From a virus (Duplodnaviria; Caudoviricetes): DNA of 64,000 nucleotides. Shown here piece after piece: positions 46,258 through 55,378 of the stretch. Every line of letters begins with the position of its first letter. Within the stretch, counting starts at the first letter, position 1. The stretch lies in the IMG/VR virus record IMGVR_UViG_3300003324_000863, positions 2,170 through 66,169 of that record; one strand, written 5' to 3'. Below the pieces are notes generated by a model, which was not told the origin of the DNA, made no database searches, and saw nothing but the letters and a program-made list of their open reading frames with translations. The position numbers and the translations under genes are program-made.

Positions 46258-46722
46258 CTAGCTCGGATCGTCCGCTGGGGGAAGCCCGGGGAGTCCGGTC
46301 ACTTTGTAGCCGGTATAGTCCATCCATGTCTGCATGGCCAATGCGCACCCCTTCGCGAAAGCTTGGTCAAGCGATATATGGCCGAGAACACCAAAGATCA
46401 AGAACCCGACTCCGATCGCTAGGAGTACGAGAAGGATCTTGCCGTACTTGTGTTGGTTAATCCAACTCTGTTGCTTGATGTCATTGAACATGAGCGCCAT
46501 GGCCTTGGCGATCCACATCACGTCAGTTCCGGCACTCGCAGCTGTCATCCCGTTCGAGGCAGCCAGTACCCCTCCACCGATGCCGATGTTAACCGGAACG
46601 GAGTTGGTAAGGCCCGGCGTCCCGGGTGGGGTAGTGGTGAGGCTGCTTGGCAGAGCAGGCGGAGGAGGCGCTGGGTTCCCCCCCGCCTGCCGAGCCTTCA
46701 TCCATGGAGGTACGGTTGCCAT
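46258..46722 (-). CDS. membrane protein, holin candidate
   Basis: Hydrophobic segments; adjacent to the lysin. Confidence 0.55.
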   Translation of the reverse strand: MATVPPWMKARQAGGNPAPPPPALPSSLTTTPPGTPGLTNSVPVNIGIGGGVLAASNGMTAASAGTDVMWIAKAMALMFNDIKQQSWINQHKYGKILLVLLAIGVGFLIFGVLGHISLDQAFAKGCALAMQTWMDYTGYKVTGLPGLPPADDPS

Positions 46723-46724
46723 GG

Positions 46725-47024
46725 TTACGGGAGCGGGATCGCCTCAGCCGCGGCGCCCAGGACCTTGTTCAGGCGCTCCTGGGTCCGGTCCGCGAAGTCT
46801 GCGATGCGCTTCATGAGGTCCGCCCGCTCGCCCTCGATCTCAGCCAGGGCCTCGTTTGCCATGGTGTGGAGGTGGCCCGTGGTATCCTCGGCCGCGCCGG
46901 CCAGGGTCTGGACCGCGTCCATGCCCTCACCCGTCGCCGCGTCGAGCACGGCAACCGCCACGTCCGAGGCCTTGCCCACCATGTTCACCGACTGGGTCAC
47001 GCCGATCTTTGCAATGTCGCTCAT
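46725..47024 (-). CDS. hypothetical protein
   Basis: Ala-rich helical ORF. Confidence 0.55.
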   Translation of the reverse strand: MSDIAKIGVTQSVNMVGKASDVAVAVLDAATGEGMDAVQTLAGAAEDTTGHLHTMANEALAEIEGERADLMKRIADFADRTQERLNKVLGAAAEAIPLP

Positions 47025-47425
47025 CAGCAATACCATCCTTCGTATTCGTAGTTGTACTGGCCTGCCGGATACTCGGGCCGCGGTTCTTCGTCCTCAGCTA
47101 CCGTCCGGATCAGGTAATCGCATCCCTCGACCATCGCCCGGCGCGCCTCTTTCCCCATCCGCTCGAGCCCGGTGAACTCCGTCGCGCCACTCCGGTTCAA
47201 GTGGTGAGCTGGGGACTGCTTCATCTCGTAGTCCAGCTCGTAGCAGATCCCCTGGAAGACCGTCTCCACCTCCTCATCGGTCAGGGGCGGCTCACGGATC
47301 GCCCAGGGATCTCGGACGATCAGGTCCTCCCTGCCCATCTCCAGCTTCTCGAAGCAATCCTGGATCCACGCGATGACCGCCAGCGTTCGGTCCGGGACCC
47401 AGACGTTCTCGATCTTCTCACCCAT
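47024..47425 (-). CDS. hypothetical protein
   Basis: MGEKIENVW, coupled ORF. Confidence 0.55.
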   Translation of the reverse strand: MGEKIENVWVPDRTLAVIAWIQDCFEKLEMGREDLIVRDPWAIREPPLTDEEVETVFQGICYELDYEMKQSPAHHLNRSGATEFTGLERMGKEARRAMVEGCDYLIRTVAEDEEPRPEYPAGQYNYEYEGWYC

Positions 47426-47609
47426 GCTTTGGCAGCTCCCGCTCGATGCGCCTGACGACGCGATTCTTCTGGCCTGGGCAGATTTTCCCTGGGTTAAGCC
47501 TCCGACTCGGCTCCACTTCCGGCGCTGGGAGCTTGAACGGTCCGCGCTCCGGCTCCGGCGTCTTGGTCGGGGTCTTCGTTGGCGTCTTCGGTTCGACCTT
47601 GAGCGGCAT
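47418..47609 (-). CDS. small Pro/Lys-rich protein
   Basis: PKTPTKTPTKTP; GGAGCAGGA upstream. Confidence 0.45.
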   Translation of the reverse strand: MPLKVEPKTPTKTPTKTPEPERGPFKLPAPEVEPSRRLNPGKICPGQKNRVVRRIERELPKHG

Positions 47610-48039
47610 CTTCCTGCTCCTTCCATTCAGCCATCAGCTTCAGCACATCGACCTTCTCCAGTTCCCCATCCCCGGTCGGCTGCCCCATCTGCCGGGCAAG
47701 CCAGCCCTTCTCGGTCTCGGGGTTGAGGAGTCCAGAGAAGATCTTCTCTAACAGGCGGATGCCGAACTTCGGGTCTTCTGGGGTTCCATCGAGCGACGAG
47801 ACTTTGGTCCGGATGAGCCAGAGCTCGGCCTCGGTCAGGTCCACGGCCAGGAGCTTACTGGACAGCTCGGCCTGGTCCATCTGGTTGGCCAGGAGTGGCC
47901 GAACGACGGCGAGCCAACGGTCCGCCATCTTGCGGAGCAGCTCGAAGGTGTCCACCTCCTGGTCTTCCCAGCCGCAGTCATCGTTCTCGATCTTGTCTGT
48001 CAGGTAGAGAATCTCTCTCGGCGTCAGGTTGATAAGCAC
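47494..48039 (-). CDS. hypothetical protein
   Basis: AGGAGG RBS. Confidence 0.6.
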   Translation of the reverse strand: MLINLTPREILYLTDKIENDDCGWEDQEVDTFELLRKMADRWLAVVRPLLANQMDQAELSSKLLAVDLTEAELWLIRTKVSSLDGTPEDPKFGIRLLEKIFSGLLNPETEKGWLARQMGQPTGDGELEKVDVLKLMAEWKEQEDAAQGRTEDANEDPDQDAGAGARTVQAPSAGSGAESEA

Positions 48040-48050
48040 ACATTCCCCTC

Positions 48051-49127
48051 CTATGCGATCTTCGCGTAATGGATCTCACCATCCTCTTCCCAGATCCGGT
48101 ACGTCGGGGTGATCAGCTCCCCACCATCCCAGGTCACCTGCTGCAGGTGGAAGCCCTCCCCAACGTGGATCACCTCAGTCCATCCATTGGCCCAGTCCGG
48201 CGTGTTCGTCCAGCCCAGACCGCCAAGGATCTTGCACATCGTTCCATTCTCGACGGCGTACAAGGTTCGGAGCTCCGTGTCCGAGAGATGGAGCGTCTTG
48301 CGGATAATGGCAAGTCCGTGCGTGTGTCCTTGGATGTACGAGTAGGTCACGTTCTCTAGCTCGGAGAGGGCGGCGCCTCCCCGGATCTTCCGTGACCGAT
48401 CGCCATGGAATCCGTAGAAGTTCGGGGCAATCTCGATATGGGCAAGGGGGTACTCGTTGGCACCACAATCACCAACCCACTCAATGTCAAGCTCTTCCAG
48501 GCCGAACAGTCCGGGCAAGGACAGAGCGGGGTATCGTGCCCCAGCTGCTCGCACACCGAACAGCATTGGAGCCTTGCTGAGAAGGGTCTTCGTGAGGTTG
48601 TGCTCATGATTCCCCGGCAGGTAAGTGATCTCGGTGTCCCAGCCGCAGGACTCCCGGTAGTCCTCCAGCACTGCCCGCCCCGAAGTCACCGTCTCCTGCA
48701 AAGACTCTCTGACTGCCGAGTCCAGGTGCCGCGAGGTCGCGGCGTTGTCCACAAAGTCCCCGAGGATGATGAGGCGCTTCGGCTTGGTGACCCGGAGATA
48801 GGTGCAGAAGAGCTTGTGCAGCTGCTTATCGTGCTGGGGGATCTGGTGATCCGAGACGATGATGGTCTTATCGGCCACCTCCCGCGGCCCCCGCACGCCC
48901 TTCAGCGTGTGACTGAGGATGGGCGCCCGGACGATTCTTGGGGTGAGCGTGACCTTGTAGTCCTTGCTACTGACCACTGTCTCATCGACCTGCCAGAGCG
49001 CAGCGTCGAGCCCCAGGGCCTCCATCGCCTCGGCCAGGGTGCCCTCGGAGAACGTGACCTCCAGCTCCTCGCCCTTACTCTTCAGCTTGACCTCGGTCTC
49101 CTTCGCAACGTACTCCAGGAGATCCAT
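48051..49127 (-). CDS. calcineurin-like metallophosphoesterase
   Basis: SDHQ, LGDFVD, GNHE, FHG and GHTH motifs. Confidence 0.9.
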   Translation of the reverse strand: MDLLEYVAKETEVKLKSKGEELEVTFSEGTLAEAMEALGLDAALWQVDETVVSSKDYKVTLTPRIVRAPILSHTLKGVRGPREVADKTIIVSDHQIPQHDKQLHKLFCTYLRVTKPKRLIILGDFVDNAATSRHLDSAVRESLQETVTSGRAVLEDYRESCGWDTEITYLPGNHEHNLTKTLLSKAPMLFGVRAAGARYPALSLPGLFGLEELDIEWVGDCGANEYPLAHIEIAPNFYGFHGDRSRKIRGGAALSELENVTYSYIQGHTHGLAIIRKTLHLSDTELRTLYAVENGTMCKILGGLGWTNTPDWANGWTEVIHVGEGFHLQQVTWDGGELITPTYRIWEEDGEIHYAKIA

Positions 49128-49129
49128 GG

Positions 49130-49378
49130 TCAGCCCCGCTGGGGGCGCTGGAGGAGTCCCGGCGCCTCCGTGGTCCCGAAGAGCACAGCATCCAGACGGC
49201 TGTGAGAGCCCTTGAACCCCTTCTCTTCACAGAGCCAGCGGTACACGGCGGCGATGGTCCCGCCCTGCTTCACGTACTCTTCGATCTGAAGAACGAGCTC
49301 CGGCCGGGCCAGGAGCCAGTTCCGGATGCTCTTCCGGGGCGGCGCCTCATAGCGCCCGATCTCAATCGTCTCGACCAC
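49130..49378 (-). CDS. hypothetical protein, possible HTH
   Basis: Coupled ORF. Confidence 0.55.
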   Translation of the reverse strand: MVETIEIGRYEAPPRKSIRNWLLARPELVLQIEEYVKQGGTIAAVYRWLCEEKGFKGSHSRLDAVLFGTTEAPGLLQRPQRG

Positions 49379-49820
49379 TTACCCCCCTCATCCGATCCAC
49401 CAGCGCTCGGTCAATCGCGATCACCACCTTCTCGGTCATGTGATCGATGCGGTCCAGGATCTGCTTCCGCTCGTCCGCGGCATCCCGGCGCTGGTTCTCG
49501 GAGATCATCAGGTAGTCTCGGTGCTGCTCCCGCATGGTTCCCAGGGTCTCACGGTTCTGATTCACAGACTCCTTCATGACGTTCGCCATCTCGGCAATGG
49601 TCCGCATCTCCCGGGCTCGGTCCTGCCCCACCTGCTCCGCGAACTCCTTCGACTCGGTGCGCAGGACCTCGATCTGGCCGGTTAAGTACTTAATGTGCTC
49701 GTCTTTCCCGTGACCGTACTCCCGCCATAGGTAGAAGGAGACGAGTGCCAGGGCCAGGAAGAGGGCCGAGCCCGGCCCGAAGGTGGTGTAGATGCCGCTG
49801 AGAATATCGGACCAGGGCAC
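49362..49820 (-). CDS. single-TM coiled-coil membrane protein (holin-like)
   Basis: N-terminal TM segment plus coiled coil; AGGAG RBS. Confidence 0.6.
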   Translation of the reverse strand: MPWSDILSGIYTTFGPGSALFLALALVSFYLWREYGHGKDEHIKYLTGQIEVLRTESKEFAEQVGQDRAREMRTIAEMANVMKESVNQNRETLGTMREQHRDYLMISENQRRDAADERKQILDRIDHMTEKVVIAIDRALVDRMRGVSGRDD

Positions 49821-49829
49821 TCAGCGCTC

Positions 49830-50420
49830 CTACTCACGGTCGAGGAACCTGGCAACGGTTACCCCCCATGGCACCCCCTGCTTCCTGGGGCTCCGCCGGG
49901 TCTTTCGAGGAATGGCGACGAGGTCCTCTGTAACCTGGTCAGCTTCCTGCTGCCACGATTCAATTGTACCAGGTGAGAGCCCCTTAACGACCGCGCGGCG
50001 ATAGAACGCCCGGAAGGTCATGGCTACACCGTCCCGGTCCGGCACCCAGATCGGCATCATCTCCAGCTTCCGGCAGAAGGAGTAGATCGCCATCTGCATG
50101 GACCCGATATGCCAGCCCGTATCCCGCTTCCGGTAGACCACATGGCTCCCATCCAGGGACCAGGCGCCCTCGAGGAGGAGGATCCGGGTATCGAACTCGT
50201 GCCGCATCCGGGTGCATTGGGCTTCGAGGCGGCCCGACTTGAGGGAGGAGAGGAAGTCACTGACGGTCTTCCGCTCCATCCCCAGCCGGACCCCCTCACA
50301 CTCGATGACGTAGTCGCCGGTCTCGATCATCTTGATCTCGGTACCTGGGATAAGCAGCTTAACTGCGTCCTTGTAGATCGCCGGTTCGCGGGCATCGACA
50401 GTCGCGACCACCTTGTGCAC
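49830..50420 (-). CDS. ERCC4/XPF-type nuclease (putative junction resolvase)
   Basis: VDARE..GDYVI..ERKTVSDF..S..GRL..Q. Confidence 0.88.
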   Translation of the reverse strand: MHKVVATVDAREPAIYKDAVKLLIPGTEIKMIETGDYVIECEGVRLGMERKTVSDFLSSLKSGRLEAQCTRMRHEFDTRILLLEGAWSLDGSHVVYRKRDTGWHIGSMQMAIYSFCRKLEMMPIWVPDRDGVAMTFRAFYRRAVVKGLSPGTIESWQQEADQVTEDLVAIPRKTRRSPRKQGVPWGVTVARFLDRE

Positions 50421-50469
50421 TGGCGGACCTCATGCGAGATTCGCCCTCCGACCAGCGGGCCCCCACCCG

Positions 50470-50901
50470 CTAGGCTGCCTCTGGATCAGGCAGCGGATCG
50501 ATCCCTTCCGGCCACTTGTCCCTCGGCACGTCATGCCAGAAGGAACATCGGGGCCAGGATCGCAGCCGTTCCGGTTCCTTCGGCGCATCCGGCCCGTAGA
50601 AGTTCTGGTACCAGGGGAAGCCGGCGCAGATCTCCGGCTTACGATCCTGGGCCATGCACTCGTGCGTCTCACGGTCGTACTGATCGCACTCGTAGTACGG
50701 TCCGGACCCCTGGAACCCGAGTCGTTCGGACGCTGTCTTCTTACTGATCCGGTGCCAGTGTTCCCGGAGGAACGGGCCATCCGTCTTGATGATGTTCCCG
50801 TCCCCATCGACCGTAGCATTGATCCCGTCGTGCATGTCCTTCTTCAGCCGAGGGAAGTAGATGGCATCGCAGCACATCCCACACTTCGCACATCCGGTCA
50901 T
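50470..50901 (-). CDS. YkgJ-like CxxCxxCC metal-cluster protein 1
   Basis: CAKCGMCC..C..C..KPEICAGFPW. Confidence 0.85.
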   Translation of the reverse strand: MTGCAKCGMCCDAIYFPRLKKDMHDGINATVDGDGNIIKTDGPFLREHWHRISKKTASERLGFQGSGPYYECDQYDRETHECMAQDRKPEICAGFPWYQNFYGPDAPKEPERLRSWPRCSFWHDVPRDKWPEGIDPLPDPEAA

Positions 50902-50909
50902 CCGTCCTC

Positions 50910-51572
50910 CTAGTGCTGATGGTACGAGACTTCGACGCCGGGCTTATCCCAGCAGACCCGGCAGGACCCGCACTGGTTCCCCTGGTACGCTGCCGGACAG
51001 GTGTATCCCTTGGCCGTCGCCGTGGTCCCCGCTGCCAGCCCTGGGATCTTTGGTGGAAGATCGCCGAACTTCAGGGCAGAGGGACGGAGCGCCACGTTGG
51101 GCAGGGCTCCCAGCTCGAGAAGGGCATCCTTCCACTTCGGATTCGCCATGAACTGCCAGGTCCTGGTCGGGATGTAGAACTTGACGTCCGGGAGCCGCCG
51201 GCAGACCTCGGCCCAGGCCCGCACATACGTGGGGTTGAAGAGATCCCCCGAGTCGTGGACCCGGAAGTACGGGTTCTTCGTCGCCTTGATCGCTCCGACC
51301 ATGGTGGAGATGAACTCCTCGATCCCCTCGGGCGCCCGCATGCACTGGGTCACCCACTGGAACCGGAGCGCCTGGGACTCGCGGACGTTGGGGAACGTGT
51401 ACATCCCCTTGTCCGCGTAGCATGCCCCGCAGATCGTATCCGGCCCGAACACCGCTGCCGGGCACGCCTTCTTCGCTGGGAGAGACCAGGACTTACACGG
51501 CATCTTCGAGGTCCTGGTTAGGAGAGACGTACTGGTATTGGGTACAGTACGCCTAGCGCTGAGGTTTGGCAC
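50910..51572 (-). CDS. Gp88-family (radical-SAM-like) protein
   Basis: SKMPCKSWSLPA..CP..CGACYA, YFRVHDSGD and CGSCRVCWD. Confidence 0.8.
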   Translation of the reverse strand: MPNLSARRTVPNTSTSLLTRTSKMPCKSWSLPAKKACPAAVFGPDTICGACYADKGMYTFPNVRESQALRFQWVTQCMRAPEGIEEFISTMVGAIKATKNPYFRVHDSGDLFNPTYVRAWAEVCRRLPDVKFYIPTRTWQFMANPKWKDALLELGALPNVALRPSALKFGDLPPKIPGLAAGTTATAKGYTCPAAYQGNQCGSCRVCWDKPGVEVSYHQH

Positions 51573-51632
51573 TCACCCCTCCGCGTTAGGCCGGGGGTAC
51601 AGGGATTAGGCCCCCTGCCCCCGGCCGATTCT

Positions 51633-52040
51633 CTAGCTATAGATCTTTGGCACGTTCGGGTCGGGGAGTGGATCGGTCCCCGCGAGCCACTGCTGCTTTG
51701 GCAAGTCATGCCAATAACTACACTTGGGCCACCACCGGATCCGCTGGGCCTCGGGCTGGCCGGTGTACCAGGGGAACCCCGTGCAGACGTAGGGCTTCTC
51801 CCAGCCCGCCATGCACTGGTGGGTCTCCTTGTTGTACTTGTCGCACTCGTAGGTGCTCATCCCCTTCAGCTCCTCCTCGGGGATGTTCGGGTTCCGCTTC
51901 AGCACCTCGGCCCTGGAGATCGGATGCCAGTGCTTGTTGACGAAGCCCCGGGATGGGTCACCATAGGCCCAGTTGGACTTCGGCTTGTCGACGACGATCG
52001 CTTCGCAACACGACCCACACTGCGCACACCCGGCCCCCAT
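51633..52040 (-). CDS. YkgJ-like CxxCxxCC metal-cluster protein 2
   Basis: CAQCGSCC..KPYVCTGFPW; paralog of 50470-50901. Confidence 0.85.
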   Translation of the reverse strand: MGAGCAQCGSCCEAIVVDKPKSNWAYGDPSRGFVNKHWHPISRAEVLKRNPNIPEEELKGMSTYECDKYNKETHQCMAGWEKPYVCTGFPWYTGQPEAQRIRWWPKCSYWHDLPKQQWLAGTDPLPDPNVPKIYS

Positions 52041-52772
52041 CTACTCACCCCCCAGCAGCGAGCGGAGCGTGGCGTAGTCCGGGTCGGGGAAGCGGAACCC
52101 CCGCAGCTTCGGGTTCGACCGGCAGCTCTCGATCGTGGCATGGAACTTCTTGTCGGTCTGGTCCTGCTCCATGCGGATCGTCACCCCCGCATAGGCCGGC
52201 ACCTCACCCCAGCCCTGCATCTTGAACTGGCCGGGGATCTCGTTACCGCCGTTGTCATAGACCTTGGCCGCGCGGTGGATCAGCACGAGGTTGACGTTGG
52301 GCAGGTTCCAGGCCTGGTTGATGTAGTCGCCGGTCCGGACGTTGGCCTCGGCGTAGTCGAACGGGAAGACCTTGACATCCTCCTCACTCTTGTTCGACGA
52401 CTTTGCCCGCCGCGCCCGGACCTCGTTCAGCTTGGCGTTGTCGATGAGCTGCCGGATCTGGGTGTAGGTATCCACGACCACGGTGCCGCTCCTCTTCGAT
52501 GCTTCGCGGAGCGCCTCGCCGTAGTCCTGCTCGAACTGGGCCAGGGTCTGCTCGGCGCTGATCCCGTTGAGGAGGCCGGTCTTGATATGCGAGACATAGA
52601 TCTCTTCGTCGGGGAACTTCTGGATCACGCCCTCCAGGGACCCGGCGTCCAGTCCGAGGTAGTAGAGCGGCTTCGGGAAGGTCAGGGCTGTATGGGTCTT
52701 CCCCTCCTTCTCCCGGCCCCACAGGGCGCAGATGATGCGGAATGGAATCGTAGTTACTTTCTCGAAAGGCAT
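52041..52772 (-). CDS. Sak4/AAA_24-like P-loop ATPase
   Basis: WGREKEGKT, TVVVDT and VLIH. Confidence 0.75.
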   Translation of the reverse strand: MPFEKVTTIPFRIICALWGREKEGKTHTALTFPKPLYYLGLDAGSLEGVIQKFPDEEIYVSHIKTGLLNGISAEQTLAQFEQDYGEALREASKRSGTVVVDTYTQIRQLIDNAKLNEVRARRAKSSNKSEEDVKVFPFDYAEANVRTGDYINQAWNLPNVNLVLIHRAAKVYDNGGNEIPGQFKMQGWGEVPAYAGVTIRMEQDQTDKKFHATIESCRSNPKLRGFRFPDPDYATLRSLLGGE

Positions 52773-52781
52773 TCGTCCTCC

Positions 52782-52940
52782 TTAGCTCAGATCGATCACG
52801 ACGGCGATGAGGTTGAGGATCACGACGACAACGTCGAAGAGTACCAAGCCAGCCTTTCCTCGTATGGCATCATTGACCGCCTCGCGCGCCATCCACCCAG
52901 CGGCGGCAGTGCTGAGGAGTAACCCCCACGGAACGGTCAT
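52782..52940 (-). CDS. small membrane protein
   Basis: Two hydrophobic stretches; AAGGAGG RBS. Confidence 0.55.
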   Translation of the reverse strand: MTVPWGLLLSTAAAGWMAREAVNDAIRGKAGLVLFDVVVVILNLIAVVIDLS

Positions 52941-52972
52941 AGTGTCCTCCTTGTGTACGTAGATTTGCCGAG

Positions 52973-53023
52973 CGTAAGGCGGCACCCCAAGGCCGAGGCC
53001 CCGCCGCCGGAAGTCTTTGTCTA
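52973..53023 (+). repeat. dispersed element copy S5 (type A, medium)
   Basis: CGTAAGGCGGCACCCCAAGGCCGAGGC-CCCGCCGCCGGAA-GTCTTTGTCTA. Confidence 0.8.
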
Positions 53024-53206
53024 GCCCGCGTTCGGACCAGGCTCCTCGGTCACCTCGACCTGAATCTCCCCGTAGTCGTAGCTGAAGCCGCGGTGCAGGT
53101 ATTCCTGTATGGCATCAGCGCTGTACCAGTCGATGCCCGAGGCCAGCGAGCTCTCCCGCACGGAGTCGGGGATGAGGAAGGTCACCTTGTACTCCCGCTT
53201 GATCAT
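53021..53206 (-). CDS. hypothetical protein
   Basis: MIKREYKV, coupled ORF. Confidence 0.5.
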   Translation of the reverse strand: MIKREYKVTFLIPDSVRESSLASGIDWYSADAIQEYLHRGFSYDYGEIQVEVTEEPGPNAG

Positions 53207-53940
53207 GCCTCTCCCTTCAGCAGCTTCTCCGCCTCGAACCAGTGGTGCTCCCGGCCCGGCCCCCCGGGGCACAGCGTTCCCTTGGCGGGGCAGTACTTAC
53301 ACTGCCAGGCCACATGCTGGTCGAAGAGTATGGCCCGGACGTTATCGTTCCAGAGCGGATCCCGGTCGGCAGGCTCATACCCCTCGACCGCAGCGACGAG
53401 GAGTCGGAGACGCGCGATCAGCTCTTCTCCCCAGGCCTGGAGCTCATCGTCGGAGAACTCGAAGCTGTAAGCCTTGGCCACCTTCTTGTAACCAGTGTTG
53501 TGGATGACGTACAGCCGCCCCTCGTTCACTTGGAGCATCCAGCAGTAGGCGGCGAGCTGCTCGACGTAGGTATCGCTGACCTTGCCGGGCGCCATGCTGG
53601 TCGTTTTCAGCTCGCAGGGGATCTCACCGTCCATGAAGTCGACGTAGCCGGTGATCTCCATCTCATACATCGGGGCCGTCCAGTACACGGGCACGTCTTC
53701 CTCGGTCCCAGCCTTGCCGAACACCCCGTGGCCCGATGTCCCCAGGAGCAGGGTCAGCATGGACTGGGTATCAGGCGCGTCGGTGATCTGCCCGGTCCGC
53801 TGGTAGTACGCCTTGAGGAGGCAGCCGATCAGTGTCGTGACCCCGGCCGACTTGGGATTGTAGGGGTGCTTCCGCTCCTGAGCGTTCCATGCCGCCTCGA
53901 CGAACGCCTGTGCCAGGTCGGCCCGCTCCTCGACGATCAC
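53203..53940 (-). CDS. Cas4-like PD-(D/E)XK exonuclease
   Basis: C..G..H, GYVD..ELKT, QLAAY and WQCKYCP..C. Confidence 0.85.
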   Translation of the reverse strand: MIVEERADLAQAFVEAAWNAQERKHPYNPKSAGVTTLIGCLLKAYYQRTGQITDAPDTQSMLTLLLGTSGHGVFGKAGTEEDVPVYWTAPMYEMEITGYVDFMDGEIPCELKTTSMAPGKVSDTYVEQLAAYCWMLQVNEGRLYVIHNTGYKKVAKAYSFEFSDDELQAWGEELIARLRLLVAAVEGYEPADRDPLWNDNVRAILFDQHVAWQCKYCPAKGTLCPGGPGREHHWFEAEKLLKGEA

Positions 53941-54086
53941 GAGGCGATCCCGCAGAGCATGGCGAGGCCGAGGACCAGCCAGCCCCACGGCGTCAGCGGC
54001 ACCAGGTAGGCCCCCATCACCACCAGGATGATCCCCGGCGGGATGAGGTACCAGTTCCCGTGGTACCCAAAGATCTTATGCAGCAT
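53937..54086 (-). CDS. small membrane protein
   Basis: Manual translation MLHKIFGYHG..; GAAGGAGG RBS. Confidence 0.5.
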   Translation of the reverse strand: MLHKIFGYHGNWYLIPPGIILVVMGAYLVPLTPWGWLVLGLAMLCGIAS

Positions 54087-54187
54087 CCTCCTTCTCCTTT
54101 CGCCTTCGCTCGTCGAGCTCTCGCTGGGCCAGAGCCCTTGACTGCTTCCAGATCCGCGGCTTAGTCAGGCCCAGCTTCCGCTTCTGC

Positions 54188-54691
54188 TTATGGTTGGGCC
54201 CCGGGTGCGGTCCCGTTAGGTACGAGGACTGGCGAACCGTCCGGGTTGGCCACTGGTACCGGGACGTAGCGCTTGAGGTCGTAGTCCCATCGGATGTTGG
54301 CTGGGAATGGCTGATCGCAGATGGCGTGGGGGAATCCAAGCGGGGCCTCCTGATGCACGTAGCTCTTGTCCTTGTACCTCGTCGTCTCGTCCTGCGGCAG
54401 CACGGGCGCCATCTGCATATAGTCCAGGTACAGCTTGAGGATCAGGACCCCATAGACCGCCCGATCGAGGAGGTTGTCGTACAGCTCCTCGTAGGGACGG
54501 CCTGCTTTCAGCATGTTCTCGGTGCGGGTGTCCTTGTCCCCGGCCCGGATCAGCGCGCCCTGCCAGGCTGGTATCCCCATCCGCTCACAGCGCCGCAGGT
54601 TGTCGTACTCGTCGAGGTGATTCCCATACCCGGCCTCGCCCTTATGCACATGGACCTTCCCGATGAACTCGAGCACCTCGTCGAACGTCAT
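54188..54691 (-). CDS. nucleotide-modification-associated all-alpha protein (DUF1599-like)
   Basis: K..YG..N..GALIRAGDKDTR..DNLLDRAVYGVL. Confidence 0.7.
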   Translation of the reverse strand: MTFDEVLEFIGKVHVHKGEAGYGNHLDEYDNLRRCERMGIPAWQGALIRAGDKDTRTENMLKAGRPYEELYDNLLDRAVYGVLILKLYLDYMQMAPVLPQDETTRYKDKSYVHQEAPLGFPHAICDQPFPANIRWDYDLKRYVPVPVANPDGSPVLVPNGTAPGAQP

Positions 54692-54862
54692 AGGTCACCC
54701 CCTTGAATGTCTGGCTGCCACGAGCAGGATCACCAGGATGAATAGCGCGGCGAAGACCAATGCCCCCATCTTCCCTCCTTCACTTCGAGTACGCGGCCGT
54801 GACCCAGATGGCCACGATGATCGCCGCCCCCGTCAGCAGGCCCACGAAGAACACCCCGTCCA

Positions 54863-55267
54863 TCACTTGCCTCCCGCGGCCTTGCCCAGGAGCTGCATGA
54901 TCGTGGCCCCCTCCGGTGCGATGAGGACTGGCAGCCAGTACGCGAGCGAGCTGAGGATGCAGATCGACCCCAGAACTGCGCCTGGCACGGAGACGACAGC
55001 GACCAGCCCAAGAAAGTCTCCGCTGGTGGGAAACTCTCCAGCTGACCATCCCCCCTGCTTCTGGAGCGCTCCTCTTGCGGCATGGATTAAGATGCCTACG
55101 CCCATCCACATCCCAACGAGCGCCGCCAGTAGCACGAGCGTTGTCCCGATGGCCTGCGCCCAGATGTAGCGGACCACTGCCGGATAGGCATACTCGAACG
55201 CGACCCCGAGCTGGCCAGCGGCATCCCGCAGGAACCCGAGCACCTTGTCAACCGTTTGCTGATCCAT
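54863..55267 (-). CDS. membrane protein
   Basis: Two TM segments; AAGGAGG RBS. Confidence 0.65.
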   Translation of the reverse strand: MDQQTVDKVLGFLRDAAGQLGVAFEYAYPAVVRYIWAQAIGTTLVLLAALVGMWMGVGILIHAARGALQKQGGWSAGEFPTSGDFLGLVAVVSVPGAVLGSICILSSLAYWLPVLIAPEGATIMQLLGKAAGGK

Positions 55268-55292
55268 GTCCCCTCCTTACGTTGCAGTGTGG

Positions 55293-55324
55293 AAAAGGGA
55301 CCGAGGCTCCTCACCCCGGCCCCT
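55293..55324 (-). terminator. intrinsic terminator
   Basis: AGGGGCCGGGG..CCTCGGTCCCT followed by TTT. Confidence 0.6.
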
Positions 55325-55378
55325 CCTCCGGTTGTCCCAGTCCTTGAGGTCGGTCAGCTCTCAAGGGTTGACCGGTCT

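Noticed and set aside
5661-53023. TIGR-Tas or bridge-RNA guide system as the explanation for the five-copy element
   Set aside because: The copies are dispersed rather than tandem, and no Nop-domain, IS110 or TnpB-like effector was recognised in the window.
53203-53940. Cas4 as part of a CRISPR-Cas locus
   Set aside because: It is a stand-alone phage exonuclease near a Sak4-like ATPase, with no cas1/cas2 or array.
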